Part shown: piece by piece, positions 27,741 to 39,836 of the stretch
How positions within the stretch are numbered: position 1 is the first letter of the stretch
Layout: every line of letters starts with the position of its first letter
DNA from: Octopus vulgaris
Lineage: Eukaryota
DNA length: 64,000 nt
Reading direction: 5' to 3'
Assembly (NCBI GenBank): GCA_951406725.2
Contig: OX597818.1
Location: forward strand, 85,622,001 to 85,686,000
The notes under the pieces: model-generated
What the model was told of the DNA's origin: nothing
The model's input: the letters and a program-made list of their open reading frames with translations, nothing else
Databases searched by the model: none
Made by a program: the position numbers and the translations under genes

Positions 27741-28662
27741 GTTTGGAGAGGGATGGGCTCCACCAGACTTTCTCGCCAGGATACACTGCATAACTGCAGC
27801 ACCCCAACGACCCTTAAGGGAGTAAGGGAGTTGTCACTGTCAAGGTGTACCCTTATAAACCTCAGGCAGAATTAGCATGAATCAGTGTGTGTCAAGGGTG
27901 TACCTATTTAAAATTACAGGAACAATCAACCTGACAAATATGTATATGGTTTCTGTCTACCATACTTCACTCACAGGATATGGATTGATCCAAGGTCATA
28001 GAAAACACTATTTGCTCAAGTTCTCAAGCAGTAGGATTGAAAATAAGGGCTTGTGGTTTTGCAAAGAATCTGGGGTGAAACAGCAATAACAAAAAGAAAA
28101 ACTTTAATGAAATCATTTTCATATCATTTTTAAATGTCCACTTTTCCATGCTTGCATTGGTCAGACAGACTTTATTGTCACCTTGTCACCAACCCTAACC
28201 TGTTTCTTAGCAAAGAAATATTTCCCCATGGTCAAACAAGTTTTCACAGAATATTGAAAATGAATTATGCTGCTTGTATGACACTGATACTCATTTACGA
28301 CTATCATATATTGTTGAAAATGAAGACACAGACATACACACAAACACATACACACATGCACACACACACACACACACACACATACATACATACATGAAAG
28401 GCTTCTTTCAACTGACAAGGCTTTAATTGACCTGGAGTCACAGTAGAAGTTACTTGCCCAAGGTGCACTGTGATGAGACTAAACCAAAAGCTTGAGGCTG
28501 GGAAGCAAACTTCTTAACCACACAGCCATACCTGTGTCTATTGATTGTAATAATGACAACATCATCATCAATATCAGCATTTAACATCCATTTTCCATGC
28601 TAGCAGGGGTTGGATAGTTTGACAGGAGCTGGCAAGCCAGAGAACTATACTAAGATCTATTG

Positions 28663-28869
28663 CAGGGATTAGTGAACTGAGGTAAATTACCCGAAGTGGG
28701 GTAAAAATGAAATTTTGTGGGGTAATGTGGACTCATTAGACATAAGTAAAATTATACGCAAAATGTGTTCTTTGTTATCTAAGATATTCTTCCTTTCAAA
28801 TCAAAGGGGCAGCATCGGCGTAAATAAATATATTTTTGAGTAATTGGTTACAAAAATTCCCTGATCCTG
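28663..28869. mobile_element. hAT-like MITE inserted in a SINE
   Basis: Termini cagggattagtgaa / ttccctgatcctg (imperfect CAGG-type TIR), imperfect flanking duplication atctattg / ctctatca; SINE family C sequence resumes on both sides. Confidence 0.6.
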
Positions 28870-30180
28870 CTCTATCATCTGCTTTGTATGGTTTTTACAG
28901 CTCAGTGCCTTTCCTAATGCCAACTTTACAGAGTGGTCTGGGTGCTTTTTTACATAGCACCGCAGCAGTTAGGTCACCAAGTAACTTTGCAAGGGAAGAC
29001 CCCACAAATGAAAGGGAGTAATATTGAAGGAGGTAACTTTGTGCCGGGCAATAAGAGATTAAAATGGATAATAAAAACAACTACATTTATGACAATATAA
29101 ATTATAGTATCAACAAACCCAACCACGACCACTATTGCGTTTCTACTTCAGTAATGACTGTAGTTTCAAAAAACAATAACATTGACTGCATTTACTTCAA
29201 TAACATCTACAGAATCAGATTCAATAATAACTACTGTATCAAAAACAATAACAACTATAGCAGCAATTTCAATAACAATGTTGTCACCTAAAAATGAATC
29301 TCCTTGGACTGAGAAAAGAGAGATTTGCTGTAAAGGTGTCATAACAAATCTGTGAATGGTCTGCCATATTTGCAGCAATGATTTTATATGTAGCAAAAAC
29401 AACAATGTTGATGACATCAGGAAGAGTTGTCTGAAGAAGAATAAAGATAGAGATAGCAGAATTAGAGAGAGAGAGAGACTGAGGAGACTGGCTGCAAGGA
29501 GGATGGATTTGTAGATAATGGTGACCTAAATAGCAAACAACAACCGGAATAGGTTGAAAGAGAAAAATAAGAAAACCAGATGAAAATAATGTATATGTAA
29601 TATATATATATATACTTACATATATCTATACACACACAGATGTATGTGTGCATGTGTATACATACATATATATATCTATATATTTATGCTTACATATATC
29701 TATACACACATATGTACGCGTGTGTGTATGTATATATATATATATATATTGTTTTGTTATATTTTCGTCATTAGTAGCAATTTTGTCTTTTGTATTCGAT
29801 TCGATAGTTCTTATTGAAGAATCAGTAAAAAGAAGTTCTTTCCTGGTTTATCCTAATTTTCTATTTTCTGATTCTGGCTTGTTCTATTTTCTCCCTCCCA
29901 CTTCCCCATAACCCATCTCCTTCCCTCTTCATTGAGTACTGTCTGAAACGTGTAAACAACAGCACCATCTATTGACTATAACAACACTATCATGCATATT
30001 ATCAGTAAAAACACTGAAGAATCTCAGGGACATATATATATCTTATATAAATACCAGGAATCAGTAATTAAAGTTGTTTATTAACTTGAAACTCAACTAT
30101 ATCATAAAATTTGTATGAATTCAAGCATATCTGTTGATAATATCAATATATATCTATATCATCAATAACATAGTAGGTAC

Positions 30181-30545
30181 AGGTATGGCTATGTGGTAGG
30201 AAGTTCGCTTCCCATCTACATAGTCTCGGGTTCAGTCCCACTGTTCAGCACCGTGGGCAAGTGTCTTCTACTATAGACCCTGGTCAACCAAGCCTTGTGA
30301 GTGGACTTGTTTAGATGGAAACTGAAAGAATCCCATCGTGTGTGAGTGTGTTCCCCATCACCACTTGACAACTGGTGTTGGTTTGCTTACGTCCCCATAG
30401 TATAGCGGTTCTGCAAAAGTTATCAATAGAATAAGTACCAGGCTTAATGACAAAACAAGCACTGGGGTTTATTTGCGTGATTAAACCCTTCACTGCAGTG
30501 CTTCAGCATGGCTGCAGTACAGTGACTGAAACAAGTAAAAAAAAA
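30181..30545 (+). mobile_element. SINE family A
   Basis: Full head-to-tail match, A-rich tail. Confidence 0.85.
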
Positions 30546-31536
30546 AAAATGATTGTGTTGTCTTGACATCATACAAGCAGTGTCTTTTATTTCCAATATT
30601 TTGTGAAAATATCTGTAACCATGGGAAAATGTTACATTACTTGGAAACAGGTGATGGTTGGCAACAGGAAGAGCATCCAGCTGTAGAAAATCTGCCTTAA
30701 CAAACTCAGTTTGACCCTTGCAAGCATGGAAAAGTAGACACTAAAACAATGATGATGATGATCATCATCCTCTTCAGCTTTTAACATCCATCTTCCATGC
30801 CAGCATAAAGGGTTGGGCAGAATTTCTATGGTCACCATTACCTATTTCCAAGCAAGGTAAAATATTTCCTTGTAACCAGACATGATTTCCCAAACTTATT
30901 GATTTATGTCATAGACCGACTTGGAGTTGAACAACTACAACGACAAAAAAGGGCACATTAGATAATGTGTTCCAAGATATATTATCTCTAAATATTTGAC
31001 TGGATGATCAATACTGGAACATCTTCAGATATATGTCCTCTGGATTAGGTTTGACAATGGGTTGTAGATTAAATATACAGATAAGTGTTTGGAGCTCCTT
31101 ATTTAATCCAAACTCAGTTTTAATCAATCTCAGACATTGTATATCATCATAGCCAAAAGTTTTTGAGTTTTTGGTAGCACCTGTACTATTTTTGGTTCTT
31201 CCCTTTTGAATGAAGCCATATATTGGTACAGCTGCATTGATGCAGTTATATTGTCTGTTCATTATTAGCTTCTTGCAATACTTGGCATCGACCCTCATCA
31301 ACTCTTGTTACATACTATCGATAAAATGACTTGTATACATCTTCTCCACTGAAGAATAGAGATTTTTATTTTCTACATTTCTGCTGCTCCACTTTTACTG
31401 TTTCCTCACATGTACTTACAGATTTCCATTTTCAGCTTGCCAAATACAGAATGTTCTTGAAGATGGATATTTAGCAGAGTGTATATAGAGAACATACCAT
31501 TAAGAATCTGTATTTCTGTTTGTATGTAAATGCATG

Positions 31537-31582
<46 letters not shown>

Positions 31583-31614
31583 ATTGTGGAAGAATAACTG
31601 TACATCGTATTCTG

Positions 31615-32170
31615 TTACCTGTTTGTTATTTGACTGCAGCCATACTGGAGCACATCCTTAAAGGGTTTTAGTTGAACAAATCAACCCCAGGATTTTTTTT
31701 AACCTTAGTACTTATTCTGTCAGTTCTTTTTGCCAAATCACTGAGTTATGGGGATGTAAACACACCAACACCAGTTGTCATGCGGTGATAGGGGAATAAA
31801 CTCACACATAGATATAGATATATATATAAGCAGTCATTAGTTTGTTGGGTGGCTGCATTTCTCAGGTGTAAGAGAACATATTCTCAATGCCTTTGATGTA
31901 AAAACACCTGAAGAGAAGTCATAGCGAAGTGAGACAACTCACATCAAATCCCTTTTTTGGAGGAACAGGCATTGACGTTTCGTCTTTGTTTTGACTTGTC
32001 AGTGCCCCCCCCCCATATACAATTACTATGGTCTTCTTTCAGTTTCTGTCTACCAAATCCACCCACAAGGCTTAAGGTTATAGTAGAAGACACTTACCCA
32101 TGGTGCCATGCAGTGGAACTGAACACAGAACCATGTGGTTGGGAAGCAAGTTTCTTACCACACGCTGTAT
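31615..32170 (-). mobile_element. SINE family A interrupted at its internal microsatellite by a ~180-bp hammerhead-containing insert (~31830-32012)
   Basis: Tail half 31615-31810, head half 32030-32170, foreign sequence in between. Confidence 0.7.
31966..32008 (-). ncRNA. Degenerate hammerhead-like motif
   Basis: Minus strand: GGCA-CUGACAA-GUC(AAAACAAA)GAC-GAAAC-GUC-AAUGCC; palindromic ACGU at stem III; G8 mutated to A. Confidence 0.55.
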
Positions 32171-32500
32171 AGATTATGTGGAAATGCATGCTTGTGTGGC
32201 AAAGAAAAAGTGAAAAATTAGTATCAAGGTAGTGACAAAAGTGTTGTACAAGCTTTTGTCACTTAATTCCAATGACGTTTAGAACTATCACTTTCATTTC
32301 ATTTCTTGATCCATTTTATAGTTTATAAAGTTCTGTGGTGATGAATGTGTGAGGAAAAGTCACACCTGCACACATACAAGGATCAAAGTAAATCAGAACA
32401 ATCAGGCTGAATGTGAGCCAGCTATCATCTGACAAAGTGAGGCAATCATTGTGTGTCTGTATGTGTGTGTATGTTATACTATTACAAGAAGAAGGGTGAT

Positions 32501-32538
32501 AGTGACTTCAAAGTTTTGACCTACTAGTCTTCATTGCA
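32501..32538 (-). ncRNA. Highly decayed hammerhead-like motif of the 59.8-kb family
   Basis: Minus strand: GUGCAAUGAA-GAC(UAGUAG)GUC-AAAACUUUGAAGUCACU; shares the AAACUU(C/U)GAAGUCACU tail with 38181-38205 and 59837-59853. Confidence 0.4.
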
Positions 32539-33021
32539 CTCTACAAAGATGGATTGAGTTATTCTTCAGTTTAATATTAGATTGTTTCCACCATAACACA
32601 AGAGGTAAACAAGCATTTGTGTGTATGTATGTATACATTTGTATATAAGTATGTATAAGTACGCACGCACACACACATACGTGCACACAGATACACGAGT
32701 GTTATAAGTCTTTTAGAATAAAAGTATATATTAGAATTTACTGATATGTATAAGTATTTGCATACACACATATTCACTAGTGTGTAAATTGTAAAATAGA
32801 CAAGAAAATATAAATATATATATTTCAGGTTTATTCAAATATGTATTTACGCTTTTCATTTGTTTCATATTATAATAATCCCAAATAGGAAAAAAAAAAC
32901 ATTAAAAATTTTCAAATCTGAATGTTTCCTCTTCCCTAATTACATAGTTAATAACTCTCTCTCTCTCTTTCACTTGCACATGCACACACACACAGCACTT
33001 TTTATTTTGGTTAAGTCAGTC

Positions 33022-33069
33022 ACTTACTACTGAGTTTCACCTGTCAGAGCACAGGCTCTTCAGGCAAGT
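33022..33069 (-). ncRNA. Minimal type-I hammerhead ribozyme motif, near intact (Penelope-like element/retrozyme type)
   Basis: Minus strand: ACUUGC-CUGAAGA-GCCUGU(GCUCUG)ACAGGU-GAAAC-UCA-GUA-GUAAGU. Stem I 6 bp (one G.U), core CUGANGA and GAAA, stem II 6 bp (G.U closing), 2-bp stem III, GUA cleavage triplet. Confidence 0.75.
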
Positions 33070-33332
33070 TACGAATATTGTTAATCTCTAGTATGATATC
33101 AAGTACTCTTCTGGTAGTTAACACTAAATGGACATGTTCACATATGTATTACTTGTCTCATTCATTGGACAGCCGTGGCACTTTGACAAATTTAGCTGAT
33201 TGATTGACCAAACAATTAATTAGTTAATTTGTTAAATAGTTACCTAATTAAAAAATAAAGAAGTGAAATAGAACCAGTGCATATGTATATTATTGGCATG
33301 ATGACCTTTATGAAATACAATAGGATTATGTA

Positions 33333-33720
33333 CAGGTGTAGCTGTGTGATAAGAAGTTTGCTTCTCAATCACATGGTTCTGGGCTCAGTCTTCTTGCATG
33401 GCACTTTGGACAAGTGTCTTCTACTAGAGCCTCAGATTGACTGAAGCCTTGTGAGTAGATTTGGTAGATGGAAACTGAAAGAAGTCCTTCATATTTATAT
33501 GTGTGTGTGTGTCTGTGTTTGTCCCTCACCACTGCTTGACACCCAGTGTTGGTGTGTTTACATCCTCATAACATAGCAGTTCAGCAATAGAGGCTAATAG
33601 AATAAGTACCAGGCTTAATAAAAAATAAGAACCGGTGTTGATCCATTCAACCAAAACTAACTCTTCAATGTGGTGTCCTAACATGGTTGCAGTCTAACGA
33701 ATAAATCTAGTAAAAGATAC
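33333..33720 (+). mobile_element. SINE family A
   Basis: Full match. Confidence 0.85.
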
Positions 33721-35194
33721 TAGAATATTCCGGTAAAGTTATATTTTGGTTTTTTGGCTTAGCCAAAGTGCTTGCTTCAGTTTCTTTAGCATCTCTTCAA
33801 TCTCTCTTGATTTCTTATCAGTTTCTTGGCTCCCTAACCCCCACACCACTGCTCTCATCATTATTGAGCTCATGTGATTCTAACAAGCAGTTTTTCCTAG
33901 TAATAAATGTTGCAAAGCTTAGATTCCTATGAAAGGTCTTTTACAGTTGAATTCCTTCGTTAGTGTCCGGGGGAGCGGTAGAGTGCAATGTTCTTCCAAA
34001 CCTATTTCAGCATCCATTACTCTAGACGGTTTTTGAATGACAAGAAATAACTGGAGAAGGAGTTGGGGTAGGAGGTGAGTTCCTTGCCCACCATGCTGCA
34101 GAGAAAGAGAGAGTAGAAGAGGTAAAGAGGATTAGTAAGAGTAAAATAGAGACAAAGCAGAAAGAGTAAGTAGTAGAGGGGAAAAACATAGAAACTAAGT
34201 AAAGAGGGATGAGAGAGAGAGAGAGAGAGATAGACAGCGAAAGGTAAGGAGAAACAGGAAGAGTGATAAGAGAAAGAGATAGTAAATAAAGATAAGCTCT
34301 TAAAGAGGATAGAAAGAACATTAAATCATATATGTGTGTGTATATATATATATTTAACATTCATGAATATGAATATATGTATCTAAATATCTATCTATTC
34401 ATCTATCTAGATAGATAGATATAGAGATAGATAGACAGACAGATATTCAGAAATTAGAAATATGTGTGTGTGTGTGTGTATTCATATATACATGTCTGGA
34501 TACAAGTATGTTTATATGCGTGTATGAATGCATACATTAGCCTGTGTGTGTGTGTATATATTTATATAGTATAAATATATACATGTGTGTGTGTGTATAT
34601 ATATATATATATTCATATACACACACATGCATATGTGCATGTGTTTAAACAAGTGTCATTTTATATGCATATTATAGACTCATAGCAATTACATTTCCTT
34701 TGGTGTAGACAGAAAGGGCTTTCAGGAACCCCTAAGGGTGATACTTTTATAATGATATTTGGGACATTTTCATTCCCATCGCATGTCCTGTTGTTATAAC
34801 ATCTATAAGTGTTCTTTTTCCCCTTCTCTCCTCTTATAATTTGTCTTCAGTGATCAAACTACCACAAATGTAAGAAACATAACTTTTCGATATATATTCG
34901 CTGCTCATCGGTTTCATTGGTATTTTATATTCTTCTGTATTTATCTTACCTATCTGTCATTTCAGTCATATATAAATATACATATGTGTGTGTGTGTGTG
35001 TGTGCTTACATATATACATATATATAGGAAAGAGGTAAATGTAGGAGAAAGATGTATGTAAAAGCCTGCTTATTATCTAGTTATATGTCTTTCTTTTATC
35101 ATGTTCCAATCATTGGAAATCTGCTTCAATGAATTCCGTCTGATCCATACAAGCATAAAAAGGTGACCATTAAATGGTAATGAAATGAGGATGA

Positions 35195-35195
35195 T

Positions 35196-35233
<38 letters not shown>

Positions 35234-35527
35234 AAGTTAAGTAGGCACGTGTATGTAGGTAAGTAGACAAATAGGTAGGCGAAGGATGGATGGATAGATA
35301 GAAAGAAAGGTAAGTAGACAAATAGGTGGGCGAAGGATGGATTGATAGATAGAAAGAAATGTAAGTAGATAGGTAAGTAGACAAATAGGTAGGTGAAGGA
35401 TTGATGGATAGATAGAAAGAAAGGTAAGTAGATAGGTGTGGGTAGGTAGGTAGGTAAGGTAGGTAGATAGATAGTTAGATAGATAGATAGAAAAGTAGGT
35501 AGATGGATAGATAGATAGATAGACAGT

Positions 35528-35562
<35 letters not shown>

Positions 35563-35950
35563 ATAGATAGGTAAGTAGGTAGGTAGGTGTAGATAAGTAG
35601 GTAAATAGGTAGGTGGATGGATAGATAGATATATAGAAAGGTAAGTAGATTAGGTGTAGGTAAGTAGATAGATAGATGGTAAAATAAGAAGTTAGGTAAC
35701 ATAGGTAGGTAGGTAAGTAGATAGGTGAGTTGGCAGATAGGTAGACAGAGAAAGTGAGAGATAGATGGGTAGATAAGTAGGCAGAGAAGGTGAGAGACAG
35801 ATGGGTAGGTAGACAGACAGATAGACAAACAGATAGATATGTAGCAAACAGATATGTAGACAGAGGATGAGAGAGAGAGACAGATGGGTAGATAAATATA
35901 TGGGTGGGTAGATGGATAGCTAGATATAGGAATAAGTACATAGGTAGACA
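35195..35950. repeat. (GATA/GGTA)n field with ~3 higher-order ~45-55-bp units at 35255-35430
   Basis: ggtaagtagacaaataggtaggcgaaggatggatggatagatagaaagaaa repeated three times. Confidence 0.9.
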
Positions 35951-36453
35951 CACTCCTACCAATATCCAAATAATCAACAACACTTCTTTTGTATCTACTT
36001 TGTATTTTATTATATTAGTTGTACATTGAGAAATAGGTTGGGAAATTGAAGGCAAAAGATTAAATAACAGAATAAAATAAAGGTAATTAAATAAAAAATA
36101 AATGTAGAAGAGAAGATAAGATATAAAGATGAAGAATAAAAGCTTGTTTACATTTTTATAAGAATGTGAAAGATTTTTATTTTTTATATTTGTTTTACTT
36201 TTATCTTTTATTTTTTGGTATTATTTGTGTTTCCATTTATTCATTTTGTTGAATTTACTTTTTTATTCTGCCCTTCCCCACCATTAGATTTGTATTATTA
36301 TTTTTTTAATTATTGATTGATTGATTGATTGGTTTTGAGGTTTCATTCCTTCTGTGTCAAAGGAAGAAAGGTAAAAAAAAAAAACCAGGAGAAAAGAAGA
36401 TAGAATAACAGAAAGGGAGCAATCTGGAAAGAGAGAGAGAGATGGCTGGAAAC

Positions 36454-36511
<58 letters not shown>

Positions 36512-36654
36512 AGAAAGAGGGGGCAGGCTGGAGACAAAATTAGAAAAAAAGAGAGAGAAGGAATTATAATGCCATTAACTGAAACAACAGTATTGCTGTT
36601 GCTGCTGCTGCGACTACTGCTACTACTATACTTTGTGATGATGGTAATTATTTC

Positions 36655-37530
36655 TAATTTACACAGAAGGCCAGTAATTTTGAGGAGCAAGGGCTAGTTG
36701 ATTACACTGACCCCAGTATTTGTCTGTTACTTTATTTTATTGCTTGTAGTGAGATGAAAGGCAAGGTTGACCCAAACAAGATTTGAACTCTAGGACGATA
36801 TAGATAGCTATTTCAAATTATAGCACAAGGCCAGCAATTTCGGGAGAGGCAGTAAATCAATTGCATCAACCCTAGTGTTGAACAGGTACTTATTTTATTG
36901 ACCCCAAAAGGAGGAAAGGCAAAGTTGACCTCAGCAGAATTTGAACTCAGAATGGGAAGATGGTCAGAATGCCACTAAATGTTTTGCTGGGCATGCTAAT
37001 GATTCTACCAGCTCATTGTCTTAATAATAACATTGTCTTAATAATAATAATAATAATATTGATCCTAGTGGGATGAAAGTCATGTATTTGAACTTAGAAA
37101 TGATATAAATAATTATTTCAAATTCTGGCATAAGGCCAGCAGTTTTAGAGGAGAGGGTAAGTCAGTTATATTGACTTCAGTATTCAATTGGTACTTAGCT
37201 TATCAACCCTGAAAGGATGAAAGGTAAACTCAACCTCAGCAGAATTTGAACTCAGAACTTTAAGCCAGAGGAAGTGCTCCTAAGCATTTTGCCCTGCATG
37301 CTAACAGTTCTGCTATTTTGCTAATAATGGTTTCAAATTTTGCCACAAGGGCAGCAGTTTTGGGGGAGGGGATGAGTCATTAACATTAACCCCAGTTTTC
37401 AACTGGTACTTATGTTTTAAGACAAAATCAACCTTAGCAGAATTTGAACTCGGAATGGAACAATATGCAAAATACCACCAAGCATTTTATCCAGCGTGCT
37501 AACAATTCTGCCAGCCTCACCACCTTGCTA
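36655..37530 (-). mobile_element. Cluster of four SINE family B copies
   Basis: Repeated gaatttgaactc / gttgacctcagc / gtacttattttattgacc motifs separated by TAA-rich linkers. Confidence 0.8.
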
Positions 37531-37731
37531 ATGATAATGGTTTCTAATATAAGGTGCAAAGCTTGAAACATGAAGGGAATTTGTTAATTTTACTGATGCA
37601 AAGAAAGATAGAGAAAGTCAATAGGCTGTCATTGACTGCTCGTGACTATATAGGCACCTAAAACAAATAGTAAAAACATGGTATATGTTACCAAGGTTTA
37701 CTCATTCACAGGTGTTAGCTAGCTCTAAGAA

Positions 37732-37795
<64 letters not shown>

Positions 37796-38089
37796 AATGA
37801 GGGTGCATGGAAAAATGAGGGTTTGGGTGTTGCTCTCATAATTGTGAGATTGTGGGTCAGGTTGCTTGACCAAGTGGTGATGCACTGTGTTCTAAACTAA
37901 AAACACATCACCTCATGCTGCTCTGCTATCAATTTGACATCTGGTGTGTTGCACACCATACACCTGTTCAGGAAATGCCAATTTGATGAATGAAGAGAGC
38001 TTATGTACAGCACAGTCATTTGATCACTATATATAAAGGTTATTTAGCAAGAAATTGTAGACACCCTTTCTTGGATCAAGAGACTACCA

Positions 38090-38179
<90 letters not shown>

Positions 38180-38181
<2 letters not shown>

Positions 38182-38330
38182 CTGGCCAAAACTTCGAAGT
38201 CACTGTCAACAACTTTCTTGTTTAAGAGTAATACATTTGTACTCTATAAAAGTATAAAGTATAGAGTAATCCATCAGATTAATTAAAAAAAATGTTTATA
38301 TTATAAATGAACATAAAAACAAACATTAAA
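38180..38330 (+). mobile_element. Second, 5'-truncated copy of the 59.8-kb repeat, between (TA)n tracts
   Basis: gctggccaaaacttcgaagtcactgtcaacaac...tttgtactctataaaagtata...ccatcagattaa aligns by eye with 59830-59965 and keeps the perfect palindrome ACTTCGAAGT. Confidence 0.7.
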
Positions 38331-38999
38331 ATATATACATATATATATATATATATTAATGTTTGTGCATATAAATGTTAATGCTTGTATGTGTGTATGT
38401 ATATATATATATCAATGTTTGTATATACGTGTGTGTGTATACTTATTTTGTTTGCATATCTTTAAAGAGGTTGCAAAGGGAAATTTTCTCACACACTTCC
38501 TTCACTCTTTATACCAACTTACTCTCTCCCTCTCTTTCTCTCTCTGCTTCCTGTTTACAAATTGTAAAACAGTGATATGTTTGTATGTCTTGTTGCAGTT
38601 ATTTCCTTCCATACTTTCAACAATCTGTCTATTTGTCTTCCTCTCTTTGCTAATCGATAACAGCAACAACAGCTACAACTTTGGCACAATAATACGAGTA
38701 GCAGTGACAAAAACAGCTATCACCATTACTACTACAACTACCACAGCTAGCATCAACCTCTCTACTTCAACCATCACTACTATCATATTCCATTGTTACA
38801 ACCACCACCACCACCACAACTATTATCACCAATACAACAACCACCACTATATCTCATAAATTACTGCTACTACCACCTCAACCGTACCAATCAATATCAT
38901 TTCTACTACAGTAACCATACTGTAAGAAAACTTAATCACAATGTCATTTCATAATTACACACCTGTTTATCATCTTTGCACCAGATAACAACAAAATAC

Positions 39000-39640
39000 T
39001 TAACCATTTTGTTAGTGTTTCTGTTGAAAAATATTTAAAAGCACTGCTTTTGTTTCAGTTAATTTGGCAAATAATTAGGAATTTAGTAAATTCATTTTTG
39101 ATGTTAAGCTGAAGTTTTGAAGATATGAAATTTTGTTGGAAAGTTTTAATTTAGATCACTTTAATACTTATGCTGCTATATTTCTATTGTATTACATTGG
39201 CTTTGTTAAAATTGATTTCAAAAATAATGAAGAACTTGGTAAAATATAGTCATTATTAAACTGGTGTTTGGAATATAAATTAAGATTAATTTTGATGGGA
39301 GAGAGTTTTTGTTTAGTTCACTTTAACCCTTGTGTCACCATATTTATGTTAAAAATAATTCTGCCTCTGTTTCAATTAATTTTGAAAATAATGAAAAATT
39401 TAGTAGAATAAGTTTGTCATTATTCAGCTAATGTTAGGAATATGAATTAACATGAATTTTGATAGCAGATGATTTTAATTTAGATCACTTTAATCCTTCT
39501 TACCATATTTATGTTGAAAATAACACAGCTTTTGTTTCAATCAATTTTGATAAAAATGAATTTAATAAAATAATTTTGTTAGTACTAAGCTAATATTTGG
39601 AATAGGAATTAACATGAAATTTCGATGGACGGTTAAATTT
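39000..39640 (-). repeat. Tandem array (~4 units) of family P2, reverse orientation
   Basis: Repeated ttaaccc/ttaatcc...atatttatgttgaaa...tttcaattaattttgaaaataatga...ttttaatttagatcacttta. Confidence 0.8.
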
Positions 39641-39800
39641 ATACAAATGTTGGGAGAGGAAAATATTATTAAAAATAAATGTTGGAACATATTGTATGGA
39701 ATAAGTCAGAAATACAAATGTTTAGGTATCACAAGACAAATTATGAGAGAGACAAATATTTAAAAATAGTGTATTTAATGTTTGAAAAGAAGAAAAGGAG

Positions 39801-39836
39801 TCTTGACGTTTTAGACAATCATCCTTCATCAGGAGA
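39801..39836 (-). ncRNA. Degenerate hammerhead-like motif
   Basis: Minus strand: UCUC-CUGAUGA-AGGA(UGAUUG)UCU-AAAAC-GUC-AAGA; G12 lost, consistent with CpG decay of CCGAAAC. Confidence 0.5.

Noticed and set aside
31008-31301. 97-aa non-repetitive ORF on the - strand
   Set aside because: No recognisable domain; at most a very decayed LINE remnant, not supportable.
34011-34080. Acceptor plus strong donor gag|gtgagt
   Set aside because: Stops in all three frames; such sites are expected by chance in 64 kb.
34852-34870. Possible 19-nt microexon (tcttcag|tgatcaaactaccacaaat|gtaaga)
   Set aside because: Not frame-preserving after the phase-2 plexin exon, and no plexin similarity; would need RNA-seq support.
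35237-36055. Longest ORF (272 aa, - strand)
   Set aside because: Translation of (TATC/TACC)n tetranucleotide repeats (YLSIYLST...).
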